A stretch of DNA of 64,000 bases from Alphaproteobacteria bacterium (GTDB lineage Bacteria > Pseudomonadota > Alphaproteobacteria > UBA6615). Numbering within the stretch: position 1 is the first letter of the stretch; each line of letters opens with the position of its first letter. The stretch spans positions 45,573 through 109,572 of the forward strand of contig JANQOE010000128.1 in the NCBI GenBank assembly GCA_028279245.1, written 5' to 3'. The translations under genes were made by a program, and so were the position numbers. This document shows, in pieces, positions 47,179 to 56,197 of this stretch. The notes under the pieces are model-generated. The model did not search any database and was not told where the DNA came from. It worked only from the letters and a program-made list of their open reading frames with translations.

Positions 47179-48231
47179 CTAGCCGGCAACCTGCGCGGTT
47201 GCGGCCTCTCGAACCTCGGACATAACCCTGTTCCGGCCCGCCTCTTTCGCCGCGTATAGGGCCCCATCCGCGCGGCGAATTAGACTGTCGAGCGGCTCGC
47301 CGCGTCGGTACTCCCCGACGCCGATCGATACCGACACCTTGCAGAGAATCTCGCCCGTGGACTTCTTCACGATATTGCGCCGGCTAATCAGCATCCGGAT
47401 CTGATTGGCGACGATGCAGGCCGCCTCGATCTGCGTTTCCGGCAAGATGATCGCGAACTCTTCACCGCCGAACCGCGCCGGCAGGTCACGACCTTTGACG
47501 GATTGCATCAGCGATTGGGCAATCAGTTTCAACACTTGGTCACCCATCAAATGACCGAAGTCGTCGTTGAACCGCTTGAAATGATCTATATCCAGTAGCA
47601 GCAATGAGAGGGGCGTCTCGTCTTCGATCGCATCCGCCGTGCGATCCTGTAGTTCCTGATCGAAGCGGCGGCGGTTCGCGATGCCCGTCAGCATGTCGGT
47701 CATCGCTTCGTTTTGGACTTCTTCGAGGTTGGCCTTCAGCTCGGCGACTTCTTCCGAAGACTCTTGCAGCTTCTCCTCAAGCTCCTTGGTCCGCTCGCCC
47801 ATCCGGCGGGTTTCTTCGACGATGCTAGAGACGATGCGGTGCACGTCCTCGGCCGAGCGCTCTTCCTGCAATTGATCGGAAAACCCGGAAATCGCTTCGC
47901 TGTAGCCGTGCGTGCTGTGATTGACCTGTTTGACGTGATCGAGAATGCGATCGACCGCAGCTTCGATATGGGCGCTGGTGGTGAAAAGCTTGTCACCGTC
48001 ATCCTGCCCGAAGAACTGCTGGTAGATGTTGTAGCAGCGCAAATCGTCGATCGTCTGGCCCGCGGCGATCGCGTTGTCGATTACGGCGTTGAGTTCCGGG
48101 TCGCGCCCGGCAACGTAGTTGAACCAGACTGTGAAATTGTTCGGGTTCGGCGAGAGACCCAGCTCCGTCATCCGGACCAGGGCTTGATCCGCGTGCGCCT
48201 TTGCTTGTCCCGGGCTGTCGTAATAGACCAC
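47179..48231 (-). CDS. Diguanylate cyclase (DgcB/VdcA-like architecture)
   Basis: P.P.NF.VW..Y N-terminus, coiled coil, DIDHFK and R.GGEEF; GGAGAGG RBS. Confidence 0.92.
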   Translation of the reverse strand: MVYYDSPGQAKAHADQALVRMTELGLSPNPNNFTVWFNYVAGRDPELNAVIDNAIAAGQTIDDLRCYNIYQQFFGQDDGDKLFTTSAHIEAAVDRILDHVKQVNHSTHGYSEAISGFSDQLQEERSAEDVHRIVSSIVEETRRMGERTKELEEKLQESSEEVAELKANLEEVQNEAMTDMLTGIANRRRFDQELQDRTADAIEDETPLSLLLLDIDHFKRFNDDFGHLMGDQVLKLIAQSLMQSVKGRDLPARFGGEEFAIILPETQIEAACIVANQIRMLISRRNIVKKSTGEILCKVSVSIGVGEYRRGEPLDSLIRRADGALYAAKEAGRNRVMSEVREAATAQVAG

Positions 48232-48266
48232 CGTCCTCTCCTATGCGGCCAGACGGCGGGACAATA

Positions 48267-48282
48267 CTAACGCGTGGTTAAC
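48267..48282 (+). promoter_or_regulatory. CtrA-like site upstream of the DGC
   Basis: CTAA-CGCGTGG-TTAAC (1 mismatch), plus a TTAACC half-site at 48306. Confidence 0.55.
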
Positions 48283-48621
48283 AACGCGTTTCGTGATGGC
48301 CCCAGTTAACCCTGAAAACCAGGGTCAAATCCCAACGAAGAAGTCGCGATCAGGAGGGGAGGCGGGTGCCCGAATCTCGCTGCAGCAGTTCGATCCCGGT
48401 CCAGTTGACCAGTGGGGCTCTGGAGTACCCGGTGCCGCAAAGGCCAGCCTCGGCGGCCTCGCGTGATTGCGGCTCACGTATCTCGTCCTGCCACCTGCGC
48501 CGCATTGACAGGCCGTGGCCGGAAACCGGCCGAATGGAAGCAACTCTCATGATCGGCGCCCTCCCGCGATCAAGAGTGGCGGCGAACCTGGGCAAACCAA
48601 AGGCGGCTGCCGTGACAAGAA

Positions 48622-49596
48622 TCAGTCGCCACCCGGTTGGAAGGTATGGCGGGTCACCCGCCGCCACCGGGCGAGCACCAAGGCCAGGATCACCCCGGTG
48701 GCCCCGCCGGCCACGTTCATCTCCAAGTCCAGCAGGCTGGGGGACCGGCTTGGCAGCCGCAGCTGTGCTGTCTCGATACCCAGGCTGACGAGGGCAATTC
48801 CACCGACTATTGCGACCGCCATGGGCCACCGCAGCGACGGAAACCACAAGGCCGCCAGCAAACCAAGCGGGATGAAGCCCAGATAGTTGATGGCCAGGTC
48901 CAGGGTCGATCCAAACGCTCCGGATGGATCGCGTACGACCCAGAACGGGCTTTCCTGAACGGCCGGGTCCAGCAGGTCGAGCGACACCGCACCGGTACGC
49001 AATCCCGCCCGCTCAATACTCCCAAGCCACGGCCGATCCATCGTGACCTCGTTGCCCAGGGCAACCCGATGCAGGGGCGACCAATCGCCAAGCCCACCGG
49101 TGACCGCAATTTCTTTGGCCGGCTGCCCGTCAACAGCAACGCTGAACGTGCTGTCCTCCAGCGTTAGCGCTACATCCACCCACTTCTCCGGGCTAAAGAC
49201 GTCGTGAATCAGGAGATCGGGTCGTCCATTCCTGTCCGAACCCGGCCGTCGCAACCTGACAATCAGGTCGTCCTTGTTCTGGGCAATTGTCAGATTACGC
49301 GTGCTCGGGTCCTGAGAGATCGTGAGAATGCGAGCCGGGCCGTCGATATCGCGCGAGGCCGGCCGCACCCGAAGGTCGACCGCAAACTCGCCGCTCTCGA
49401 TAGCGGTCTCAATCCATTTCGATCCAACCGGAACCATGACGATCCCTGGACCGGGAAACTCCAGCGTCTCATCGGTCTTGGCCTGGTTGGGGTAGACCTC
49501 CGGGACGTCAAGCAGCCCCTGCGGCGCCAGCCCGAACACCGCGTAGGGCAACAGGACCAGGGCTGTGATGAGGAGCTTCTTCGACCGGCGGCGCAT
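48622..49596 (-). CDS. Concanavalin/LamG-like domain + VanZ membrane protein
   Basis: GPARILTIS..RNLT..Q and LGNE...RPW.G; C-terminal N..GFIP.G, IE..Q...R..S..D...N..G. Confidence 0.8.
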   Translation of the reverse strand: MRRRSKKLLITALVLLPYAVFGLAPQGLLDVPEVYPNQAKTDETLEFPGPGIVMVPVGSKWIETAIESGEFAVDLRVRPASRDIDGPARILTISQDPSTRNLTIAQNKDDLIVRLRRPGSDRNGRPDLLIHDVFSPEKWVDVALTLEDSTFSVAVDGQPAKEIAVTGGLGDWSPLHRVALGNEVTMDRPWLGSIERAGLRTGAVSLDLLDPAVQESPFWVVRDPSGAFGSTLDLAINYLGFIPLGLLAALWFPSLRWPMAVAIVGGIALVSLGIETAQLRLPSRSPSLLDLEMNVAGGATGVILALVLARWRRVTRHTFQPGGD

Positions 49597-49714
49597 CAAG
49601 CCTTGGTAGCCTTGGCCCCGAACCGGCGAAACGGCGCAGGAGGAGCAATCACGACCAAGACTTAGCCCGATCGGGCATGTGCCGGCGACCGGGCCGGGTG
49701 AGGCCCGCGCCAAC

Positions 49715-49723
49715 TGCTATACT
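49715..49723 (+). promoter_or_regulatory. Extended -10 element of ligD
   Basis: TGcTATACT ending 6 nt before ATG 49730; no SD. Confidence 0.5.
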
Positions 49724-49729
49724 CCGGAA

Positions 49730-52219
49730 ATGCCGCCCGCAAAGCTCGAGTCCTACCGCAAAAAGCGCGACTTCCGCCGCACCTCCGAGCCCGCTGGCCG
49801 TTCTGGCCTTACGTCGGAAGGAACGGGGCCGATCTTCTGTATCCAGAAGCACGCGGCCACTCAGCTTCACTACGATCTCCGCCTGGAAATCGGCGGAACG
49901 CTAAAGAGTTGGGCCGTGGCGCGCGGGCCCAGCCTGGACCCGAAGGTCAAGCGCCTGGCGGTCCACGTCGAAGACCACCCGCTGGACTACGCGGATTTCG
50001 AGGGGATTATCCCGAAGGGCCAGTATGGCGGCGGGGAGGTCATCGTTTGGGACCGCGGCCATTGGGTCCCGATGGGCGACCCGGCGACTGACCTCGCTGC
50101 CGGGCAGATCAAGTTCCGTCTGGCGGGCACCAAGCTCAACGGCGGCTGGACCCTCGTCCAGCTCAAGAGCGGCCGGGACGCCAACGGTAAGAACTGGCTG
50201 CTTATCAAGGAGCGAGACATCTACGCCAAGCCCGGCGCCGAGGTCGACGTGGTCGAGGAACTCCCCCTAAGCGCCAAGACCGGCCGCGCCATCGAGGAAC
50301 TGCGGATCCAAGCGAAGGCACCGCCGAAGAAGCCGGTTCGCCTCGCACCGGGCAGGATCAAGGGCGCAAAAAAAAGCCCGCTGCCCGAACAGGCCCGACC
50401 ACAGCTCGCCACACTAGTGGAACTGCCCCCGGGTGGGGACGATTGGCTGCACGAGATCAAGTTGGACGGCTACCGGACCTTGGCGCGCATCGAAGGGCAG
50501 GACGTCCGCCTCTTCACCCGCAATGGCCACGATTGGACCGAGCGCTACCAGTCGGTCGCCGACGCGTTGCAGGACATTGGCCTGAAGTCGGCGCTGATTG
50601 ACGGCGAGGTCGTCGTGCAGGACGGCCAGGGAAAGACGAGCTTCCCGGCACTGCAAGACGCGTTGGCAACCGGGGCGACCGAGAAGCTGGTCTTCTTCGC
50701 CTTCGATCTTCTGTATCTGAACGGATACGACCTGCGGCAAGTGCCGCTGGCGAACCGCAAAACCACGCTGTCGCGGTTGATGGATGCGCATGTCACCGAC
50801 ACCGGCGCCCTCCAGGTGAGCGAGCACGTCACCGGAAATGGTTCCGCCTTCTTTGCCCACGCGGCGCGGCTGGCCCTCGAAGGTGTGATCTCGAAACAGG
50901 CCGACGCCGCCTATGTCGAGGGCCGCACCAAGTCGTGGCAGAAGTCCAAATGCCTGTTGCGGGACGACTTTCTCATCGTCGGCTACACCGTCTCCACTGC
51001 GGCCGGCGGCCTTGCCGCGCTGTGCCTGGCGGAAGAAACCGCCGACGGCCTGTCCTATGTCGGCAAGGTCGGCACGGGATGGAGTGCCGAAGTTGCGGCC
51101 GATCTCCGTAAACAGTTGGAGCCGCTAGGCCGCAAGACCGCGCCCTTCCGCCGGCCCAAGGGCGTGAAGGCGAATGACGCCTCGTGGGTCAAACCGGAGC
51201 TGATGGCCGAGATTCAATACACCGCGCGCACGGAAGAGAATGCCGTGCGCCACGCGGTTTTCCAGGGTCTTCGTGCCGACAAGCCTGCCGCCGGTCCCGA
51301 CGCCGTCGTGCAGCGCGAGCGTTTCGTCACCGACCAGCATCTCGCCCAGATCTGGATCACCAACCCCGACCGCGAAATGCTGGAGCCGGGCGGCCCATCA
51401 AAGTTGGATATCGTGCTGCACTACGCCAAGGTCGGCGACTGGATGCTGCCGGAGATCATCAACCGGCCGCTGACTCTCATCCGCTGCCCCACCGGCAAGA
51501 TCAAAGACTGCTTCTATCAGCGGCATCGGTCCGAAGGCATGCCGGCGGACATCAAGGGCATCGAGGTTCGGGAAGAGGGCGAGCCGGAGCGGGCGGAATT
51601 CATCTACGTGGACGGGGCCAGCGGCCTGTTGCAATTGGCCCAGTTCGGCGTCATCGAGGTGCACCCCTGGGGCGCCCGCATCGACAAGCTCGACCGTCCG
51701 GACCGCATTGTCTTCGACCTGGACCCGGACGAAGGACTGGATTGGCGGGACGTTGTGGCGGCCAGCTTCGATGTGCGGGACGCGTTAGCAGAGCTTGGAC
51801 TCGCCGGCTTCGTGCGCACCACCGGGGGGAAGGGCCTGCATGTCGTCGTCCCGATCAAGCGGCGGCATACCTGGCCGGCCGTGAAGGAGTGGACCCGTCG
51901 CTTCGTCGTCGCGATGGCCGAGAAATCCCGGCGGCGCTACACCGCGAACCCGCAAAAGAACCAGCGCCGCGGCCGCATCTACATCGACTATCTGCGCAAC
52001 ACCCACGGTGCGACGGCTGTCGGTTCATTCTCTTTGCGCGCCCGGGCCGGCGTTCCGGTCGCCACGCCGCTCACCTGGGACGAACTGACCCGGCTTGAGG
52101 ATCCGGCTCAGTTCAACTGGCAGACTGCGCCGGACCGCTTGGCGACGCTGACGTCGGAGCCTTGGGCGGGTTTCGAAGACGCGGCCCGTACGTTGCCGAA
52201 ACTTCCCGGCAGGAAGTGA
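49730..52219 (+). CDS. ligD: NHEJ DNA ligase D (phosphoesterase-ligase-polymerase)
   Basis: Y..KRDF..T.EP and QKH.A..LHYD.RLE (PE); EIKLDGYR and EGVISK (LIG); FDLDP, TGGKGLHV and YIDYLRN (POL). Confidence 0.97.
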   Translation: MPPAKLESYRKKRDFRRTSEPAGRSGLTSEGTGPIFCIQKHAATQLHYDLRLEIGGTLKSWAVARGPSLDPKVKRLAVHVEDHPLDYADFEGIIPKGQYGGGEVIVWDRGHWVPMGDPATDLAAGQIKFRLAGTKLNGGWTLVQLKSGRDANGKNWLLIKERDIYAKPGAEVDVVEELPLSAKTGRAIEELRIQAKAPPKKPVRLAPGRIKGAKKSPLPEQARPQLATLVELPPGGDDWLHEIKLDGYRTLARIEGQDVRLFTRNGHDWTERYQSVADALQDIGLKSALIDGEVVVQDGQGKTSFPALQDALATGATEKLVFFAFDLLYLNGYDLRQVPLANRKTTLSRLMDAHVTDTGALQVSEHVTGNGSAFFAHAARLALEGVISKQADAAYVEGRTKSWQKSKCLLRDDFLIVGYTVSTAAGGLAALCLAEETADGLSYVGKVGTGWSAEVAADLRKQLEPLGRKTAPFRRPKGVKANDASWVKPELMAEIQYTARTEENAVRHAVFQGLRADKPAAGPDAVVQRERFVTDQHLAQIWITNPDREMLEPGGPSKLDIVLHYAKVGDWMLPEIINRPLTLIRCPTGKIKDCFYQRHRSEGMPADIKGIEVREEGEPERAEFIYVDGASGLLQLAQFGVIEVHPWGARIDKLDRPDRIVFDLDPDEGLDWRDVVAASFDVRDALAELGLAGFVRTTGGKGLHVVVPIKRRHTWPAVKEWTRRFVVAMAEKSRRRYTANPQKNQRRGRIYIDYLRNTHGATAVGSFSLRARAGVPVATPLTWDELTRLEDPAQFNWQTAPDRLATLTSEPWAGFEDAARTLPKLPGRK

Positions 52220-52230
52220 ATTCCGAACAA

Positions 52231-52245
52231 GAACACAACAAGAAC
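52231..52245 (+). promoter_or_regulatory. Alphaproteobacterial LexA (SOS) box
   Basis: aGAACacaacaaGAACa = GAAC-N7-GAAC; extra GAAC at 52225. Confidence 0.7.
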
Positions 52246-52384
52246 ATGAATCTTGGATCGCAGCGGTCTTAGAGGCGCCCTTCGGAATAGCGCAGGGTTC
52301 CTCGACCATCAGCACAAAAAATATAGGATTCACAGGTACATAATCGGCCGCTACACTCCGCCGCCGATTCGCCTGGAGGTTTTC

Positions 52385-53284
52385 ATGGCCCCGCGCGCCA
52401 CCTGGAAAGGCTACATGAAGCTGTCGCTGGTCTCTTGTCCGGTGCGGCTTTACAACGCGACTTCGTCCACCGGACGCATTGCTTTCAATATGCTTCACAA
52501 GGACACCCACAACCGGGTGCAGATGAAGCCGCATGACCCCGAACTGGGTCAGGTCGAGCGGCGCGATCTGGTGAAGGGCTACGAATTCGAGAAAGACCAG
52601 TACGTCATCGTGACCGATGAGGATCTCGACGCCGTCCAGATTGAGTCGACCAAAACAATCACCATCGACAGCTTCATCGATGCGGCCGAAGTCGACCAGA
52701 TGTACCTGGATGCGCCGTACTACGTCGCACCGGATGGTCCCGTCGCCGAAGAAACCTACCGCGTCATTCACGAAGCCATGGCGAAGCGCCGCAAGGCGGC
52801 GCTGGCCCGGGTGGTGATGTCGAATCGCGAGCGCATGGTGCTATTAACCTTGCGTGACAAGGGATTCGTGATGACCACCCTGCGCAATGCCAGCGAAGTC
52901 AGGGGCATCGCCGACTACTTCGACGATATTGGTGACGACGCACTCGACGACGAGATGCTGAAATTGGCCGAGCTGATTATCGATCAGCATGAGGCCGAGT
53001 TCGACCCGAGTGCGTTTGTCGACCAGTATCAGCTTGCACTCAAGGACCTGGTGAAGGCCAAAGTGAAAGGCACACAACCGATTATCGCGAAGGCGCCGGA
53101 GCGCGGTAAGGTCATCAATCTGATGGACGCGCTGAAGCGCAGCCTGGAAGACAGCGAGGGCAAGAAGCCGCCGGCGCCCAGTAAGCGGCGCACCAAGGCG
53201 CGGGCCAGCAAGACAAAAGCATCGTCCAAAACGTCCGGGCGCACGCGCAAGACCGCAACGTCTCGGGCCCGCAAGTCGGCCTAG
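52385..53284 (+). CDS. ku: NHEJ protein Ku
   Basis: PRATWKG...LSLVSCPV.LY.AT, VKGYE, INLMDALKRS and a basic tail; GGAGGT RBS. Confidence 0.97.
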   Translation: MAPRATWKGYMKLSLVSCPVRLYNATSSTGRIAFNMLHKDTHNRVQMKPHDPELGQVERRDLVKGYEFEKDQYVIVTDEDLDAVQIESTKTITIDSFIDAAEVDQMYLDAPYYVAPDGPVAEETYRVIHEAMAKRRKAALARVVMSNRERMVLLTLRDKGFVMTTLRNASEVRGIADYFDDIGDDALDDEMLKLAELIIDQHEAEFDPSAFVDQYQLALKDLVKAKVKGTQPIIAKAPERGKVINLMDALKRSLEDSEGKKPPAPSKRRTKARASKTKASSKTSGRTRKTATSRARKSA

Positions 53285-53302
53285 GAACTCGGGAGACCGG
53301 CC

Positions 53303-54400
53303 ATCGATAAACAGGTATTCGCCGGCAAAACTGTCGTTCTGTTTGGGCGGCTCTCGCGGTTGTCCCAACGGCGAGCCGCCGGATTGGTCTCCGAACACGG
53401 CGGCACTGCCCGCCGCGGCCTCACCCGCACCACCGACATCGTGGTTGTTGGGCATGGGGCGCTTGATCGCCTCGTCGACGGCAGCCTCGATGCAAAGCTC
53501 GACCGGGCGCGCAGACTTGGCGTGAACATCTGGAGCGAAGACAAATTCCTCCGCCATATCGGCATTGGTGAGACCCTGTCACCGGCCCACCGGACGATGC
53601 CCCTGAGCGAAATCGCCTCGCGCGCGGGTCTGGACGAACAATTCGCCTGGCATCTCGCGCTGTTCAATGTGATCGAGCAAGACGAGGATGGCCTGTTCGG
53701 CTTCCGCGATTTGGTCGCCGCACGGGAAGCCGCCGGCTTGGCCAAGGACGGCGCGGAGGAGCGCGAGATTGTTGCATCGATGGCGGAAGTCCGGCGCCGT
53801 CGCGGCGCCGTTCCGTCCCAGGTGCATTTCACCCGCGGCGAAAGCGGCGAAATCGTCCTGTCCCTTGGCGACAAACAAGTCGGTCTCGACGGCCAGATGC
53901 AGCTCGACTTGCCAAGAGCCGACAATCCAACCGTCGATGAGCTGTTTGAGGCCGCGGAAGACGCGGAGCTGGCGGGCGAATGGTATGCAGCCGAGCGTCT
54001 CTACCGGAAATGCGCGGATCTTGATCGCAGCGACCCGATCATTCCGTTCAATCTGGCCAATGTACTGCGGGAAGAGGGGCGCAACGCGGAGGCCAGATTG
54101 GAACTCCAGCGTGCCGTGAAGCTCGACGCGAAGTTCGCCGAAGCCTGGTACAATCTGGCCGATCTATCCCAGGGCGAGGAAGACTACCCGCAGGCAAAGA
54201 GCCACCTGGAACGCGCCCTGAAAATCGACGGCGACTATGCTGACGCCTTATTCAACCTCGGCCACGTTCACTACAAGCTCGGCGAACTCGCCGACGCCGG
54301 GGTGTACTGGTCCCGTTACCTGGAGTTCGACCACGTCAGCGAATGGGGCAAGATCGCCCGCGACGGCCTGAGACTGTGCCGGGTCGCGAACCAGGCGTAG
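53303..54400 (+). CDS. BRCT + MerR-like HTH + TPR protein; probable ATC start
   Basis: In-frame FAGKTVVLFGRL...HGG......TDIVVVG...AKL..A..LGV.I.SE..FL (BRCT); F.F.DL HTH-like segment; about 4 TPRs (FNLA/YNLA/FNLG). Confidence 0.8.
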   Translation: MDKQVFAGKTVVLFGRLSRLSQRRAAGLVSEHGGTARRGLTRTTDIVVVGHGALDRLVDGSLDAKLDRARRLGVNIWSEDKFLRHIGIGETLSPAHRTMPLSEIASRAGLDEQFAWHLALFNVIEQDEDGLFGFRDLVAAREAAGLAKDGAEEREIVASMAEVRRRRGAVPSQVHFTRGESGEIVLSLGDKQVGLDGQMQLDLPRADNPTVDELFEAAEDAELAGEWYAAERLYRKCADLDRSDPIIPFNLANVLREEGRNAEARLELQRAVKLDAKFAEAWYNLADLSQGEEDYPQAKSHLERALKIDGDYADALFNLGHVHYKLGELADAGVYWSRYLEFDHVSEWGKIARDGLRLCRVANQA

Positions 54401-54439
54401 GCCGGAGACGCTCCGCTAGGCTGACAGCGGTAAACGGAC

Positions 54440-55195
54440 ATGTGGTCTCAAGGACTTGCCGGCACCTACGGGCTTCTGCGGTCCCTCATTGTCTACCGAG
54501 CACGGCCGCTCAAACGCCGCAAGGCACGCCGCCTATACGGCCAGTTCGTGAAGCCTGGCGACCTGTGTTTCGAGGTCGGCGCCCATGTCGGCGACCGCAT
54601 CGTCACCTATTTATCTCTTGGTGCAACTGTCGTTGCGGTCGAACCGCAGCCCCTGTTCGTTGATCTTCTTCAGCGGCTGTATGGCGGCAATGCAAAGGTG
54701 CATTTGGTTCGCGCTGCAGTAGGGGACTCACGCGGCGAGGCCGAGATGCTCATCAGCCGGCGCACGCCCACCATGTCGACATTGGCGGCGGATTGGGCCG
54801 AACGTGTCGGACAGACGGAAAATGCCCGCGGCGTCAAATGGGATGCAACGACGACCGTCCGGGTGACAACTCTCGAGGATCTGATCGCGGAGTATGGCGT
54901 ACCGGCCTTCTGTAAGATCGACATCGAGGGATCGGAGTTGCCCGCTCTTCACGGACTCTCGCACCCCATACCGGCACTTTCGTTCGAATACTTGCCAGGT
55001 ACGATAGACCAAGCACTTTTGTGCGTCGCGCGGCTCGGCGAACTCGGCAAGTACGAGTTCAACGCATCCATCCGCGAGACCATGCGTTTGGTGCACTCGC
55101 GCTGGGTCGAACAACCAAGAATTGAGCAGTGGTTGCGCGACCGTCAGCCAGATGAATACTCGGGCGACATCTACGCGAGAACCGTCCGGGAATAG
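54440..55195 (+). CDS. FkbM family methyltransferase
   Basis: F.VGAHVGD, AVEPQP and KIDIEG.E. Confidence 0.9.
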   Translation: MWSQGLAGTYGLLRSLIVYRARPLKRRKARRLYGQFVKPGDLCFEVGAHVGDRIVTYLSLGATVVAVEPQPLFVDLLQRLYGGNAKVHLVRAAVGDSRGEAEMLISRRTPTMSTLAADWAERVGQTENARGVKWDATTTVRVTTLEDLIAEYGVPAFCKIDIEGSELPALHGLSHPIPALSFEYLPGTIDQALLCVARLGELGKYEFNASIRETMRLVHSRWVEQPRIEQWLRDRQPDEYSGDIYARTVRE

Positions 55196-55214
55196 CGCCT
55201 GGAGCGATCCTGAG

Positions 55215-55230
55215 GTAAGTCCGGATTAAC
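55215..55230 (+). promoter_or_regulatory. CtrA-like site
   Basis: GTAA-GTCCGGA-TTAAC(C), 1 mismatch. Confidence 0.55.
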
Positions 55231-55273
55231 CTACGCTGTTTAGCCTATTACTAGACAATAGCGCAGGTTCGCG

Positions 55274-56197
55274 ATGCTTTTCCTCGTCAAGAAACTGAGG
55301 CTCGCCGCCCTACTGCTTCTCGCGACATGGTTGGCCATTGTGCCCGCCGTTGGCACAAGTCTCGCGGATGATTCATCCATTCTGACAATTGGCCGGGTTT
55401 CCGATAATCCCGAGAAGAACTTGCCGCGGATACGGGCGATGGCGGAGTTCCTGGCCGGGTCCCTTGGTATGGCTGGCGGTGCGGCCATTGTTGCCAAGGA
55501 CAACGAGGAGATGGCGCGCCTGCTACGCGATGGCAGAGTACAGTTGGTTTCTGAATCCGCGTTGTCCGCAATCTGGTTTGAAGAAAACGTCGGCGCACAG
55601 CCACTGCTCCACGAGTGGAAAAAGGGTGTCGCCACATACGAAAGTATCTTTTTCGTTCGACGGGACAGCGGGGTCGAAGTTCTTCAAGATCTGCGGGGGC
55701 GGGTCATCGCATTCGAGGATCCCGGCTCGACCACAGGTTTTCTAGCGCCGTTCGCTATGCTGCGCGCCGCCGGTCTGGACCCTGTCGAAATCCAGCCGGG
55801 CGAAACGCCGCCGGCCGGCAGAGTCGGCTATGTCTTTACCCGCAGTGAGGAGAATGTCGCAGCATGGGTCGCCCGGGGAATCGCCGATGCCGGCGCCTTC
55901 AGTAACCTGGATTGGGCCGAGATCCACGAGACCTCCGAAGTCTTGATGAAAGACCTCCGCATGCTGGACCAGAGCGGACCCATACTGCGCTCAATCCTAC
56001 TGGTCGGACCGAACATGTCCGCCGAGCTCAAACAGCAATTGCAGGCCATCCTGCAATCGGCCCATGAGAATCCCGCCGCCGAAGAGGCCCTCAGTACCTA
56101 CTACCGGGTCAAACGCTACGACCCGATAGAGGGCAAGTCGCTCCAGTCGCTGAACGCGACGCGGCGGCTGTTCGGAGTTGTCCGCGACATAATGTGA
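55274..56197 (+). CDS. PhnD-like phosphate/phosphonate-binding protein
   Basis: Signal peptide, Y.S.FFVR.DS, DL.G..IAF.DP.STTG and G.ADAGA. Confidence 0.85.
   Translation: MLFLVKKLRLAALLLLATWLAIVPAVGTSLADDSSILTIGRVSDNPEKNLPRIRAMAEFLAGSLGMAGGAAIVAKDNEEMARLLRDGRVQLVSESALSAIWFEENVGAQPLLHEWKKGVATYESIFFVRRDSGVEVLQDLRGRVIAFEDPGSTTGFLAPFAMLRAAGLDPVEIQPGETPPAGRVGYVFTRSEENVAAWVARGIADAGAFSNLDWAEIHETSEVLMKDLRMLDQSGPILRSILLVGPNMSAELKQQLQAILQSAHENPAAEEALSTYYRVKRYDPIEGKSLQSLNATRRLFGVVRDIM

Noticed and set aside
55274-56197. Phosphonate transporter phnD operon
   Set aside because: No phnC/phnE and no Pho box; the gene is coupled to a kinase instead.
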